Shown here one piece after another: positions 1 through 14,071 of a stretch of 64,000 nucleotides of DNA. Position numbers and translations under genes: made by a program. Source of the stretch: the human T2T-CHM13v2.0 reference genome, Homo sapiens. Numbering within the stretch: the first letter of the stretch is position 1; the number at the start of each line of letters is the position of its first letter. The stretch is taken from assembly GCF_009914755.1 (NCBI RefSeq), contig NC_060948.1; one strand, given 5' to 3'. The notes under the pieces were generated by a model. It worked only from the letters and a program-made list of their open reading frames with translations, was not told where the DNA came from and did not search any database.

Positions 1-261
1 TGGACTCCAATGGAATGGATTGAAAAGGAATGGAATCGTACGGAATGGAATCTAATGGAATGGAATTAAATGGAAATGAATGAAATTGAATAGCACGGAA
101 TTGAATTGAATGGAATCGAATGCAATGGAATCTAATGAAACGGAAAGGAAAGGAATGGAATGGAATGGAATGGGCTGGAATGGAAAGGAATCGAAACGAA
201 TGGAATGGAATCGAACTGAAGAGACTGGAATGGAATGCACTGGAATGGAAGGGAGTGTAAT

Positions 262-276
262 GGAAGGTTCTCGAAA
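262..276. promoter_or_regulatory. Canonical three-pentamer heat-shock element (nGAAnnTTCnnGAAn), site A; recurs once per unit
   Basis: gGAAg gTTCt cGAAa. Motif match only, binding not shown. The third pentamer is damaged (cGACa) in U9 and U13. Confidence 0.5.
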
Positions 277-1282
277 AAAATGGAATCGAATGGAATGGAA
301 TTGAATGGAACGGAATAGAGTCGAATGGAATTGAATGGAATGGAATGGACTAGAGTGAAATGGAATCGAACCACAAGGAATGGACAGGAATAGAATGGTC
401 TCGAATTGAATGGAATCGTATGGAATGGCATCAAACGGAATGGAATGGACAGCCACGGAATGGAATGCACTCGAATGCAATGGAGTCGAAACTAATGGAC
501 TGGAATAGAATGGACTCGACTGGTATGGACTCCAATGGAATGGAATCGAATGGAAGGGAATCGAACGGAATGGACTCGAAGGGAAAAGACTGCAATGGAA
601 AGGTCTCGAATGGAATGGAAATTAATGGAATGGAATGGAATCGAATGAAATGGAGTCAAAAGGAATGGAATCGAATGGCAAGAAATCGAATGTAATGGAA
701 TCGCAAGGAATTGATGTGAACGGAACGGAATGGAATGGAATCCAAAGAAATGGAATAGAATGGAATGGAATCGAATGGAAAGAACTCGAATGGAAATCAC
801 TCGAATAGAATGCAATTTAATAAAATAGGATGAAATGTAACGGAATGGAATGGAAAGGAATCGAAACGAAAGGAATGGAGACAGATGGAATGGAATGGAA
901 CAGAGAGCAATGGTATAGAATGGAATGGAATCATCTGGAATGGAATTGAATGGAATGGAATAATATGAAATGGAATTGAATGGAATGGAATGCCCTTGAA
1001 TTAAATGGACTGGAATGGAATGGACTCTAACAGAGTGGAATGGAAAGTGTTGAGATAGAATGGAATGGACTCCTTTGGAATGGTCTAGTATGCAATGCAA
1101 TGGACTGGCAGGGAATCAAAAGGAATGTAATCAAATGGATTGGACTGGAATGCAATGGACTCGAATAGATTGGAAACGGAATGCAAAGGAATGGAATGGA
1201 ATAGTATGGAATGGAATGGAAAGGAATGGAGTGGAATAGACTAGAGTGGAATGGAATGGACTCGAAAGCAATGGACTGGAAT

Positions 1283-1297
1283 GGAACTTTCTTGAAT
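1283..1297. promoter_or_regulatory. Canonical three-pentamer heat-shock element, site B; recurs once per unit
   Basis: gGAAc tTTCt tGAAt, intact in U1-U18. Motif match only. Confidence 0.5.
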
Positions 1298-3086
1298 GGA
1301 CTGGAATCAAACGGAATGGAATGCAATGCAATCAAATGGCATGGAATAAAATAGAATGAAAGAGAATCAAATGGAATTGAATCGAATGCAATCGAATGGA
1401 TTGGAAAGGAATAGAATGGAATGGAATGGAATTGACTCAAATGGAATGGACTAGAATGGAATGGATTCGAATGGAAGGCAAAGGAATGGAATCTATTGGA
1501 ATGGACAGCAATGGAATGGAAAGGAAGGGATTGGAATGGACTCGAATGGAATGGACTGCAATAGAAAGGATTCGAATGGAATGAAAAAGAATTGAATGGA
1601 ATAGAACAGAATGGAATCAAATCGAATGAAATGGAATGGAATAAATAGGAATGGAATGAAATGGAATGGAAAGGATTCGAATGGAATGCAATCGAATGGA
1701 ATGGAATCGAACGGAATGGAATAAAATGGAAGAAAACTGGCAAGAAATGGAATCGAAATGAATGGAGTGTTATGGAACGGACTCCAAAGGAATTGAATGT
1801 AATAGAATGGAGTGGAGTGGACTCGAATATAATGGACTGGAATGGAATGAAATCACATGGAATGGGAACGAATGGAATGGAATGGAAAGGAATGGAATCG
1901 AATGGAAAGGAATCGAATGGAAGGGAATGAAATTGAATCAACAGGAATGGAAGGGAATAGAATAGACGGTAATGGAATGGACTCGAATAGAATGGACACG
2001 AATGCTCAAATTGAATGGACTCGAATGGAATGGAAACGAAAGGAATGTCATCGAATGGAATTGAATCGATTGGAACGAAATCGCATAGAATGGAGTGGAA
2101 TCAAATGGAATTGAATCGAAAGGAAAGGAAGCGAATGGACTGAAATGAAATGGAATGGAATTGAATGGAAAGTAAAGCAATGGAATAGAATGGAACGAAA
2201 TTTCACGGAATGGAATCAAACTGAATGGAATCAAATCAATGGAATATAATCAAATGGAATGGAAAGGAATTGAATGGAGTAGATGGGATTGGATGGGATT
2301 GGAATGAAATGTACTGGAAAGGACTCGAATTTCATGAAACGGAATGGAATGAATTGGAACGGAATGGACTCGAATGGAATGGAATGTCATGGAATGGCAT
2401 CAAATGGAATGGAATCGAATGCAATGGAATGCTATGGAATGGAATGGAATGCATTGGAATGGAATGTCCTCTAATGGAATGGATTCGAGTGGAATGGAAT
2501 CGAATATAATGGAGTCGAATGAAATGGAATTGAAAGGAATGGGATCGAATACAATGGAATATACTGGAATGTAATGTAATGAACTCGAATGTAATTGACT
2601 GGAATGGAATGTACATGAATGGAATGTAATCGAATGGAAAGTAATCCAATGGAATAGAATCTAATGCAATAAAATCGACTCAGATAGAGTAGAATGTAAT
2701 GGAATGGAGTGCAGTGCAATGGAATGGAATGGAATGGAATGCAATGGAATGGAATGGAATGGGATGGAATGGTATGGAATGGATAGTAATGGACTGGAGT
2801 GAAATGGACTGGAAAGGAATGGACTCAAATTGAAAGGGCTCGAAAGGAATGGAGTCAAATGGAATGGTCTGGAATGGAATGAACACGAATGTAATGCAAT
2901 CCAATAGAATGGAATCGAATGGCATGGAATATAAAGAAATGGAATCGAAGAGAATGGAAACAAACGGAATGGAATTGAATGGAATGGAATTGAATGGAAT
3001 GGGAACGAATGGAGTGAAATTGTATGCAGTAGAAGAGAATAGAATGGAATGCAAGCGAAAGGAAAGGAATGGATTGGAATGGAATG

Positions 3087-3130
3087 GAATTCATGGGAAT
3101 GGAAGGGAATGTAGTGTAATGGACAGGCCT
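3087..3130. other. Diagnostic once-per-unit restriction landmarks: EcoRI GAATTC (3087-3092) and HaeIII/StuI AGGCCT (3125-3130)
   Basis: Read directly and retained in all 18 complete units; these sites define the classic DYZ1 restriction fragment. Confidence 0.9.
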
Positions 3131-3499
3131 GGAATAAAGTGGAATGCTACGGTCTCGAATGGAATAAAAATGTATGGAATGGAATGCAATGAAACGGAAT
3201 CGAATGTCATAGAATGTAATGGAATGCAAAAAAATGGACTCCAAAATCATTGACTGGAAAGGCTGGGTGTCGAAAGAATTGACTCCAATGGAATGGAATC
3301 GAATGGAATGGAAGTGAATAGAATCGAACTAAATCGAATGGAATGGAATTGATAGGAACGGAATGGAAAGGAATGAAATGATTTGGCATGGAATGGAATC
3401 GAATGGCATCGAATGGAATGGAATGGAATGCAATGCAATGGAATGTATTAGAATGTAATGAACTTTAATGGAATGTACTCGAATGGATTCGACTGGAAT

Positions 3500-3514
3500 G
3501 GAATGTTCTGGAAG
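3500..3514. promoter_or_regulatory. Canonical three-pentamer heat-shock element, site C; recurs once per unit
   Basis: gGAAt gTTCt gGAAg, intact in U1-U18. Motif match only. Confidence 0.5.
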
Positions 3515-3518
3515 TGAA

Positions 3519-6500
3519 TGGACTCCAATGGAATGGATTGAAAAGGAATGGAATCGTACGGAATGGAATCTAATGGAATGGAATTAAATGGAAATGAATC
3601 AAATTGAATAGCACGGAATTGAATTGAATGGAATCGAATGCAATGGAATCTAATGAAACGGAAAGGAAAGGAATGGAATGGAATGGAATGGGCTGGAATG
3701 GAAAGGAATCGAAACGAATGGAATGGAATCGAACTGAAGAGACTGGAATGGAATGCACTGGAATGGAAGGGAGTGTAATGGAAGGTTCTCGAAAAAAATG
3801 GAATCGAATGGAATGGAATTGAATGGAACGGAATAGAGTCGAATGGAATTGAATGGAATGGAATGGACTAGAGTGAAATGGAATCGAACCACAAGGAATG
3901 GACAGGAATAGAATGGTCTCGAATTGAATGGAATCGTATGGAATGGCATCAAACGGAATGGAATGGACAGCCACGGAATGGAATGCACTCGAATGCAATG
4001 GAGTCGAAACTAATGGACTGGAATAGAATGGACTCGACTGGTACGGACTCCAATGGAATGGAATCGAATGGAAGGGAATCGAACGGAATGGACTCGAAGG
4101 GAAAAGACTGCAATGGAAAGGTCTCGAATGGAATGGAAATTAATGGAATGGAATGGAATCGAATGAAATGGAGTCAAAAGGAATGGAATCGAATGGCAAG
4201 AAATCGAATGTAATGGAATCGCAAGGAATTGATGTGAACGGAACGGAATGGAATGGAATCCAAAGAAATGGAATAGAATGGAATGGAATCGAATGGAAAG
4301 AACTCGAATGGAAATCACTCGAATAGAATGCAATTTAATAAAATAGGATGAAATGTAACGGAATGGAATGGAAAGGAATCGAAACGAAAGGAATGGAGAC
4401 AGATGGAATGGAATGGAACAGAGAGCAATGGTATAGAATGGAATGGAATCATCTGGAATGGAATTGAATGGAATGGAATAATATGAAATGGAATGGAATG
4501 GAATGGAATGCCCTTGAATTAAATGGACTGGAATGGAATGGACTCGAACAGAGTGGAATGGAAAGTGTTGAGATAGAATGGAATGGACTCCTTTGGAATG
4601 GTCTAGTATGCAATGCAATGGACTGGCAGGGAATCAAAAGGAATGTAATCGAATGGATTGGACTGGAATGCAATGGACTCGAATAGATTGGAAACGGAAT
4701 GCAAAGGAATGGAATGGAATAGTATGGAATGGAATGGAAAGGAATGGAGTGGAATAGACTAGAGTGGAATGGAATGGACTCGAAAGCAATGGACTGGAAT
4801 GGAACTTTCTTGAATGGACTGGAATCAAACGGAATGGAATGCAATGCAATCAAATGGCATGGAATAAAATAGAATGAAAGAGAATCAAATGGAATTGAAT
4901 CGAATGCAATCGAATGGATTGGAAAGGAATAGAATGGAATGGAATGGAATTGACTCAAATGGAATGGACTAGAATGGAATGGATTCGAATGGAAGGCAAA
5001 GGAATGGAATCTATTGGAATGGACAGCAATGGAATGGAAAGGAAGGGATTGGAATGGACTCGAATGGAATGGACTGCAATAGAAAGGATTCGAATGGAAT
5101 GAAAAAGAATTGAATGGAATAGAACAGAATGGAATCAAATCGAATGAAATGGAATGGAATAAATAGGAATGGAATGAAATGGAATGGAAAGGATTCGAAT
5201 GGAATGCAATCGAATGGAATGGAATCGAACGGAATGGAATAAAATGGAAGAAAACTGGCAAGAAATGGAATCGAAATGAATGGAGTGTTATGGAACGGAC
5301 TCCAAAGGAATTGAATGTAATAGAATGGAGTGGAGTGGACTCGAATATAATGGACTGGAATGGAATGAAATCACATGGAATGGGAACGAATGGAATGGAA
5401 TCGAATGGAAAGGAATCGAATGGAAGGGAATGAAATTGAATCAACAGGAATGGAAGGGAATAGAATAGACGGTAATGGAATGGACTCGAATAGAATGGAC
5501 ACGAATGCTCAAATTGAATGGACTCGAATGGAATGGAAACGAAAGGAATGTCATCGAATGGAATTGAATCGATTGGAACGAAATCGCATAGAATGGAGTG
5601 GAATCAAATGGAATTGAATCGAAAGGAAAGGAAGCGAATGGACTGAAATGAAATGGAATGGAATTGAATGGAAATTAAAGCAATGGAATAGAATGGAACG
5701 AAATTTCACGGAATGGAATCAAACTGAATGGAATCAAATCAATGGAATATAATCAAATGGAATGGAAAGGAATTGAATGGAGTAGATGGGATTGGATGGG
5801 ATTGGAATGAAATGTACTGGAAAGGACTCGAATTTCATGAAACGGAATGGAATGAATTGGAACGGAATGGACTCGAATGGAATGGAATGTCATGGAATGG
5901 CATCAAATGGAATGGAATCGAATGCAATGGAATGCTATGGAATGGAATGGAATGCATTGGAATGGAATGTCCTCTAATGGAATGGATTCGAGTGGAATGG
6001 AATCGAATATAATGGAGTCGAATGAAATGGAATTGAAAGGAATGGGATCGAATACAATGGAATATACTGGAATGTAATGTAATGAACTCGAATGTAATTG
6101 ACTGGAATGGAATGTACATGAATGGAATGTAATCGAATGGAAAGTAATCCAATGGAATAGAATCTAATGCAATAAAATCGACTCAGATAGAGTAGAATGT
6201 AATGGAATGGAGTGCAGTGCAATGGAATGGAATGGAATGGAATGCAATGGAATGGAATGGAATGGGATGGAATGGTATGGAATGGATAGTAATGGACTGG
6301 AGTGAAATGGACTGGAAAGGAATGGACTCAAATTGAAAGGGCTCGAAAGGAATGGAGTCAAATGGAATGGTCTGGAATGGAATGAACACGAATGTAATGC
6401 AATCCAATAGAATGGAATCGAATGGCATGGAATATAAAGAAATGGAATCGAAGAGAATGGAAACAAACGGAATGGAATTGAATGGAATGGAATTGAATGG

Positions 6501-7022
6501 AATGGGAACGAATGGAGTGAAATTGTATGCAGTAGAAGAGAATAGAATGGAATGCAAGCGAAAGGAAAGGAATGGATTGGAATGGAATGGAATTCATGGG
6601 AATGGAAGGGAATGTAGTGTAATGGACAGGCCTGGAATAAAGTGGAATGCTACGGTCTCGAATGGAATAAAAATGTATGGAATGGAATGCAAAGAAACGG
6701 AATCGAATGTCATAGAATGTAATGGAATGCAAAAAAATGGACCCCAAAATCATTGACTGGAAAGGCTGGGTGTCGAAAGGAATTGACTCCAATGGAATGG
6801 AATCGAATGGAATGGAAGTGAATAGAATCGAACTAAATCGAATGGAATGGAATTGATAGGAACGGAATGGAAAGGAATGAAATGATTTGGCATGGAATGG
6901 AATCGAATGGCATCGAATGGAATGGAATGGAATGCAATTCAATGGAATGTATTAGAATGTAATGAACTTTAATGGAATGTACTCGAATGGATTCGACTGG
7001 AATGGAATGTTCTGGAAGTGAA
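3519..7022 (+). repeat. DYZ1 unit U2 (3504 bp; private 15-bp deletion)
   Basis: Landmark spacing 3504; lacks GGAATGGAAAGGAAT near 5390-5401. Confidence 0.9.
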
Positions 7023-10000
7023 TGGACTCCAATGGAATGGATTGAAAAGGAATGGAATCGTACGGAATGGAATCTAATGGAATGGAATTAAATGGAAATG
7101 AATCAAATTGAATAGCACGGAATTGAATTGAATGGAATCGAATGCAATGGAATCTAATGAAACGGAAAGGAAAGGAATGGAATGGAATGGAATGGGCTGG
7201 AATGGAAAGGAATCGAAACGAATGGAATGGAATCGAACTGAAGAGACTGGAATGGAATGCACTGGAATGGAAGGGAGTGTAATGGAAGGTTCTCGAAAAA
7301 AATGGAATCGAATGGAATGGAATTGAATGGAACGGAATAGAGTCGAATGGAATTGAATGGAATGGAATGGACTAGAGTGAAATGGAATCGAACCACAAGG
7401 AATGGACAGGAATAGAATGGTCTCGAATTGAATGGAATCGTATGGAATGGCATCAAACGGAATGGAATGGACAGCCACGGAATGGAATGCACTCGAATGC
7501 AATGGAGTCGAAACTAATGGACTGGAATAGAATGGACTCGACTGGTACGGACTCCAATGGAATGAAATCGAATGGAAGGGAATCGAACGGAATGGACTCG
7601 AAGGGAAAAGACTGCAATGGAAAGGTCTCGAATGGAATGGAAATTAATGGAATGGAATGGAATCGAATGAAATGGAGTCAAAAGGAATGGAATCGAATGG
7701 CAAGAAATCGAATGTAATGGAATCGCAAGGAATTGATGTGAACGGAACGGAATGGAATGGAATCCAAAGAAATGGAATAGAATGGAATGGAATCGAATGG
7801 AAAGGACTCGAATGGAAATCACTCGAATAGAATGCAATTTAATAAAATAGGATGAAATGTAATGGAATGGAATGGAAAGGAATCGAAACGAAAGGAATGG
7901 AGACAGATGGAATGGAATGGAACAGAGAGCAATGGTATAGAATGGAATGGAATCATCTGGAATGGAATTGAATGGAATGGAATAATATGAAATGGAATGG
8001 AATGGAATGGAATGCCCTTGAATTAAATGGACTGGAATGGAATGGACTCGAACAGAGTGGAATGGAAAGTGTTGAGATAGAATGGAATGGACTCCTTTGG
8101 AATGGTCTAGTATGCAATGCAATGGACTGGCAGGGAATCAAAAGGAATGTAATCGAATGGATTGGACTGGAATGCAATGGACTCGAATAGATTGGAAACG
8201 GAATGCAAAGGAATGGAATGGAATAGTATGGAATGGAATGGAAAGGAATGGAGTGGAATAGACTAGAGTGGAATGGAATGGACTCGAAAGCAATGGACTG
8301 GAATGGAACTTTCTTGAATGGACTGGAATCAAACGGAATGGAATGCAATGCAATCAAATGGCATGGAATAAAATAGAATGAAAGAGAATCAAATGGAATT
8401 GAATCGAATGCAATCGAATGGATTGGAAAGGAATAGAATGGAATGGAATGGAATTGACTCAAATGGAATGGACTAGAATGGAATGGATTCGAATGGAAGG
8501 CAAAGGAATGGAATCTATTGGAATGGACTGTAATGGAATGGAATGGAAGGGATTGGAATGGACTCGAATGGAATGGACTGCAATAGAAAGGATTCGAATG
8601 GAATGAAAAAGAATTGAATGGAATAGAACAGAATGGAATCAAATCGAATGAAATGGAATGGAATAGAAAGGAATGGAATGAAATGGAATGGAAAGGATTC
8701 GAATGGAATGCAATCGAATGGAATGGAATCGAACGGAATGGAATAAAATGGAAGCAAACTGGCAAGAAATGGAATCGAAATGAATGGAGTGTTATGGAAC
8801 GGACTCAAAAGGAATTGAATGTAATAGAATGGAGTGGAGTGGACTCGAATATAATGGACTGGAATGGAATGAAATCACATGGAATGGGAACGAATGGAAT
8901 GGAATGGAAAGGAATGGAATCGAATGGAAAGGAATCGAATGGAAGGGAATGAAATTGAATCAACAGGAATGGAAGGGAATAGAATAGACGGTAATGGAAT
9001 GGACTCGAATAGAATGGACACGAATGCTCAAATTGAATGGACTCGAATTGAATGGAAACGAAAGGAATGTCATCGAATGGAATTGAATCGATTGGAATGA
9101 AATCGCATAGAATGGAGTGGAATCAAATGGAATTGAATCGAAAGGAAAGGAAGCGAATGGACTGAAATGAAATGGAATGGAATTGAATGGAAAGTAAAGC
9201 AATGGAATAGAATGCAACGAAATTTCACGGAATGGAATCAAACTGAATGGAATCAAATCAATGGAATATAATCAAATGGAATGGAAAGGAATTGAATGGA
9301 GTAGATGGGATTGGATGGGATTGGAATGAAATGTACTGGAAAGGACTCGAATTTCATGAAACGGAATGGAATGAATTGGAACGGAATGGACTCGAATGGA
9401 ATGGAATGTCATGGAATGGCATCAAATGGAATGGCATCAAATGGAATGGAATCGAATGCAATGGAATGCTATGGAATGGAATGGAATGCATTGGAATGGA
9501 ATGTCCTCTAATGGAATGGATTCGAGTGGAATGGAATCGAATATTATGGAGTCGAATGAAATGGAATTGAAAGGAATGGGATCGAATACAATGGAATATA
9601 CTGGAATGTAATGTAATGAACTCGAATGTAATTGACTGGAATGGAATGTACATGAATGGAATGTAATCGAATGGAAAGTAATCCAATGGAATAGAATCTA
9701 ATGCAATAAAATCGACTCAGATAGAGTAGAATGTAATGGAATGGAGTGCAGTGCAATGGAATGGAATGGAATGGAATGCAATGGAATGGAATGGAATGGG
9801 ATGGAATGGTATGGAATGGATAGTAATGGACTGGAGTGAAATGGACTGGAAAGGAATGGACTCAAATTGAAAGGGCTCGAAAGGAATGGAGTCAAATGGA
9901 ATGGTCTGGAATGGAATGAACACGAATGTAATGCAATCCAATAGAATGGAATCGAATGGCATGGAATATAAAGAAATGGAATCGAAGAGAATGGAAACAA

Positions 10001-10556
10001 ACGGAATGGAATTGAATGGAATGGAATTGAATGGAATGGGAACGAATGGAGTGAAATTGTATGCAGTAGAAGAGAATAGAATGGAATGCAAGCGAAAGGA
10101 AAGGAATGGATTGGAATGGAATGGAATTCATGGGAATGGAAGGGAATGTAGTGTAATGGACAGGCCTGGAATAAAGTGGAATGCTACGGTCTCGAATGGA
10201 ATAAAAATGTATGGAATGGAATGCAATGAAACGGAATCGAATGTCATAGAATGTAATGGAATGCAAAAAAATGGACTCCAAAATCATTGACTGGAAAGGC
10301 TGGGTGTCGAAAGGAATTGACTCCAATGGAATGGAATCGAATGGAATGGAAGTGAATAGAATCGAACTAAATCGAATGGAATGGAATTGATAGGAACGGA
10401 ATGGAAAGGAATGAAATGATTTGGCATGGAATGGAATCGAATGGCATCGAATGGAATGGAATGGAATGCAATGCAATGGAATGTATTAGAATGTAATGAA
10501 CTTTAATGGAATGTACTCGAATGGATTCGACTGGAATGGAATGTTCTGGAAGTGAA
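7023..10556 (+). repeat. DYZ1 unit U3 (3534 bp; long class)
   Basis: Spacing 3534; duplicated GGAATGGCATCAAAT at 9413-9442. Confidence 0.9.
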
Positions 10557-13500
10557 TGGACTCCAATGGAATGGATTGAAAAGGAGTGGAATCGTACGGA
10601 ATGGAATCTAATGGAATGGAATTAAATGGAAATGAATCAAATTGAATAGCACGGAATTGAATTGAATGGAATCGAATGCAATGGAATCTAATGAAACGGA
10701 AAGGAAAGGAATGGAATGGAATGGAATGGGCTGGAATGGAAAGGAATCGAAACGAATGGAATGGAATCGAACTGAAGAGACTGGAATGGAATGCACTGGA
10801 ATGGAAGGGAGTGTAATGGAAGGTTCTCGAAAAAAATGGAATCGAATGGAATGGAATTGAATGGAACGGAATAGAGTCGAATGGAATTGAATGGAATGGA
10901 ATGGACTAGAGTGAAATGGAATCGAACCACAAGGAATGGACAGGAATAGAATGGTCTCGAATTGAATGGAATCGTATGGAATGGCATCAAACGGAATGGA
11001 ATGGACAGCCACGGAATGGAATGCACTCGAATGCAATGGAGTCGAAACTAATGGACTGGAACAGAATGGACTCGACTGGTACGGACTCCAATGGAATGGA
11101 ATCGAATGGAAGGGAATCGAACGGAATGGACTCGAAGGGAAATGACTGCAATGGAAAGGTCTCGAATGGAATGGAAATTAATGGAATGGAATGGAATCGA
11201 ATGAAATGGAGTCAAAAGGAATGGAATCGAATGGCAAGAAATCGAATGTAATGGAATCGCAAGGAATTGATGTGAACGGAACGGAATGGAATGGAATCCA
11301 AAGAAATGGAATAGAATGGAATGGAATCGAATGGAAAGAACTCGAATGGAAATCACTCGAATAGAATGCAATTTAATAAAATAGGATGAAATGTAATGGA
11401 ATGGAATGGAAAGGAATCGAAACGAAAGGAATGGAGACGGAATGGAATGGAACAGAGAGCAATGGTATAGAATGGAATGGAATCATCTGGAATGGAATTG
11501 AATGGAATGGAATAATATGAAATGGAATGGAATGGAATGGAATGCCCTTGAATTAAATGGACTGGAATGGAATGGACTCGAACAGAGTGGAATGGAAAGT
11601 GTTGAGATAGAATGGAATGGACTCCTTTGGAATGGTCTAGTATGCAATGCAATGGACTGGCAGGGAATCAAAAGGAATGTAATCGAATGGATTGGACTGG
11701 AATGCAATGGACTCGAATAGATTGGAAACGGAATGCAAAGGAATGGAATGGAATAGTATGGAATGGAATGGAAAGGAATGGAGTGGAATAGACTAGAGTG
11801 GAATGGAATGGACTCGAAAGCAATGGACTGGAATGGAACTTTCTTGAATGGACTGGAATCAAACGGAATGGAATGCAATGCAATCAAATGGCATGGAATA
11901 AAATAGAATGAAAGAGAATCAAATGGAATTGAATCGAATGGAATCGAATGGATTGGAAAGGAATAGAATGGAATGGAATGGAATTGACTCAAATGGAATG
12001 GACTAGAATGGAATGGATTCGAATGGAAGGCAAAGGAATGGAATCTATTGGAATGGACAGCAATGGAATGGAAAGGAAGGGATTGGAATGGACTCGAATG
12101 GAATGGACTGCAATAGAAAGGATTCGAATGGAATGAAAAAGAATTGAATGGAATAGAACAGAATGGAATCAAATCGAATGAAATGGAATGGAATAGAAAG
12201 GAATGGAATGAAATGGAATGGAAAGGATTCGAATGGAATGCAATCGAATGGAATGGAATCGAACGGAATGGAATAAAATGGAAGAAAACTGGCAAGAAAT
12301 GGAATCAAAATGAATGGAGTGTTATGGAACGGACTCCAAAGGAATTGAATGTAATAGAATGGAGTGGAGTGGACTCGAATATAATGGACTGGAATGGAAT
12401 GAAATCACATGGAATGGAAACGAATGGAATGGAATGGAAAGGAATGGAATCGAATGGAAAGGAATCGAATGGAAGGGAATGAAATTGAATCAACAGGAAT
12501 GGAAGGGAATAGAATAGACGGTAATGGAATGGACTCGAATAGAATGGACACGAATGCTCAAATTGAATGGACTCGAATGGAATGGAAACGAAAGGAATGT
12601 CATCGAATGGAATTGAATCGATTGGAATGAAATCGCATAGAATGGAGTGGAATCAAATGGAATTGAATCGAAAGGAAAGGAAGCGAATGGACTGAAATGA
12701 AATGGAATGGAATTGAATGGAAAGTAAAGCAATGGAATAGAATGGAACGAAATTTCACGGAATGGAATCAAACTGAATGGAATCAAATCAATGGAATATA
12801 ATCAAATGGAATGGAAAGGAATTGAATGGAGTAGATGGGATTGGATGGGATTGGAATGAAATGTACTGGAAAGGACTCGAATTTCATGAAACGGAATGGA
12901 ATGAATTGGAACGGAATGGACTCGAATGGAATGGAATGTCATGGAATGGCATCAAATGGAATGGAATCGAATGCAATGGAATGCTATGGAATGGAATGGA
13001 ATGCATTGGAATGGAATGTCCTCTAATGGAATGGATTCGAGTGGAATGGAATCGAATATAATGGAGTCGAATGAAATGGAATTGAAAGGAATGGGATCGA
13101 ATACAATGGAATATACTGGAATGTAATGTAATGAACTCGAATGTAATTGACTGGAATGGAATGTACATGAATGGAATGTAATCGAATGGAAAGTAATCCA
13201 ATGGAATAGAATCTAATGCAATAAAATCGACTCAGATAGAGTAGAATGTAATGGAATGGAGTGCAGTGCAATGGAATGGAATGGAATGGAATGCAATGGA
13301 ATGGAATGGAATGGGATGGAATGGTATGGAATGGATAGTAATGGACTGGAGTGAAATGGACTGGAAAGGAATGGACTCAAATTGAAAGGGCTCGAAAGGA
13401 ATGGAGTCAAATGGAATGGTCTGGAATGGAATGAACACGAATGTAATGCAATCCAATAGAATGGAATCGAATGGCATGGAATATAAAGAAATGGAATCGA

Positions 13501-14071
13501 AGAGAATGGAAACAAACGGAATGGAATTGAATGGAATGGAATTGAATGGAATGGGAACGAATGGAGTGAAATTGTATGCAGTAGAAGAGAATAGAATGGA
13601 ATGCAAGCGAAAGGAAAGGAATGGATTGGAATGGAATGGAATTCATTGGAATGGAAGGGAATGTAGTGTAATGGACAGGCCTGGAATAAAGTGGAATGCT
13701 ACGGTCTCGAATGGAATAAAAATGTATGGAATGGAATGCAGAGAAACGGAATCGAATGTCATAGAATGTAATGGAATGCAAAAAAATGGACTCCAAAATC
13801 ATTGACTGGAAAGGCTGGGTGTCGAAAGGAATTGACTCCAATGGAATGGAATCGAATGGAATGGAAGTGAATAGAATCGAACTAAATCGAATGGAATGGA
13901 ATTGATAGGAACGGAATGGAAAGGAATGAAATGATTTGGCATGGAATGGAATCGAATGGCATCGAATGGAATGGAATGGAATGCAATGCAATGGAATGTA
14001 TTAGAATGTAATGAACTTTAATGGAATGTACTCGAATGGATTCGACTGGAATGGAATGTTCTGGAAGTGAA
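10557..14071 (+). repeat. DYZ1 unit U4 (3515 bp; short class with a 4-bp deletion)
   Basis: GGAGAC|GGAATGG at 11438 versus GGAGACAGATGGAATGG elsewhere. Confidence 0.9.

Larger units (their letters stand above)
1..3518 (+). repeat. DYZ1 unit U1 (3518 bp; short class with a 1-bp deletion)
   Basis: Start string TGGACTCCAATGG recurs at 3519; CGAAAGAATT at ~3271 versus CGAAAGGAATT in other units. Confidence 0.9.

Noticed and set aside
2228-2238. GAATCAAATCA resembling a DUX4 site
   Set aside because: It mismatches the TAAYYYAATCA consensus; too weak to call.
2196-2340. Additional HSE-like strings (CGAAATTTCACGGAA, CGAATTTCATGAAA)
   Set aside because: Only two correct pentamers or wrong spacing; not canonical three-unit elements.
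819-3168. Multiple AATAAA hexamers per unit on the GGAAT strand (e.g. ~819, 1345, 1720, 2668, 3133, 3163)
   Set aside because: AATAAA is only two substitutions from the background AATGGA, and there is no clear downstream GU/U-rich element or transcript evidence, so polyadenylation sites cannot be supported.
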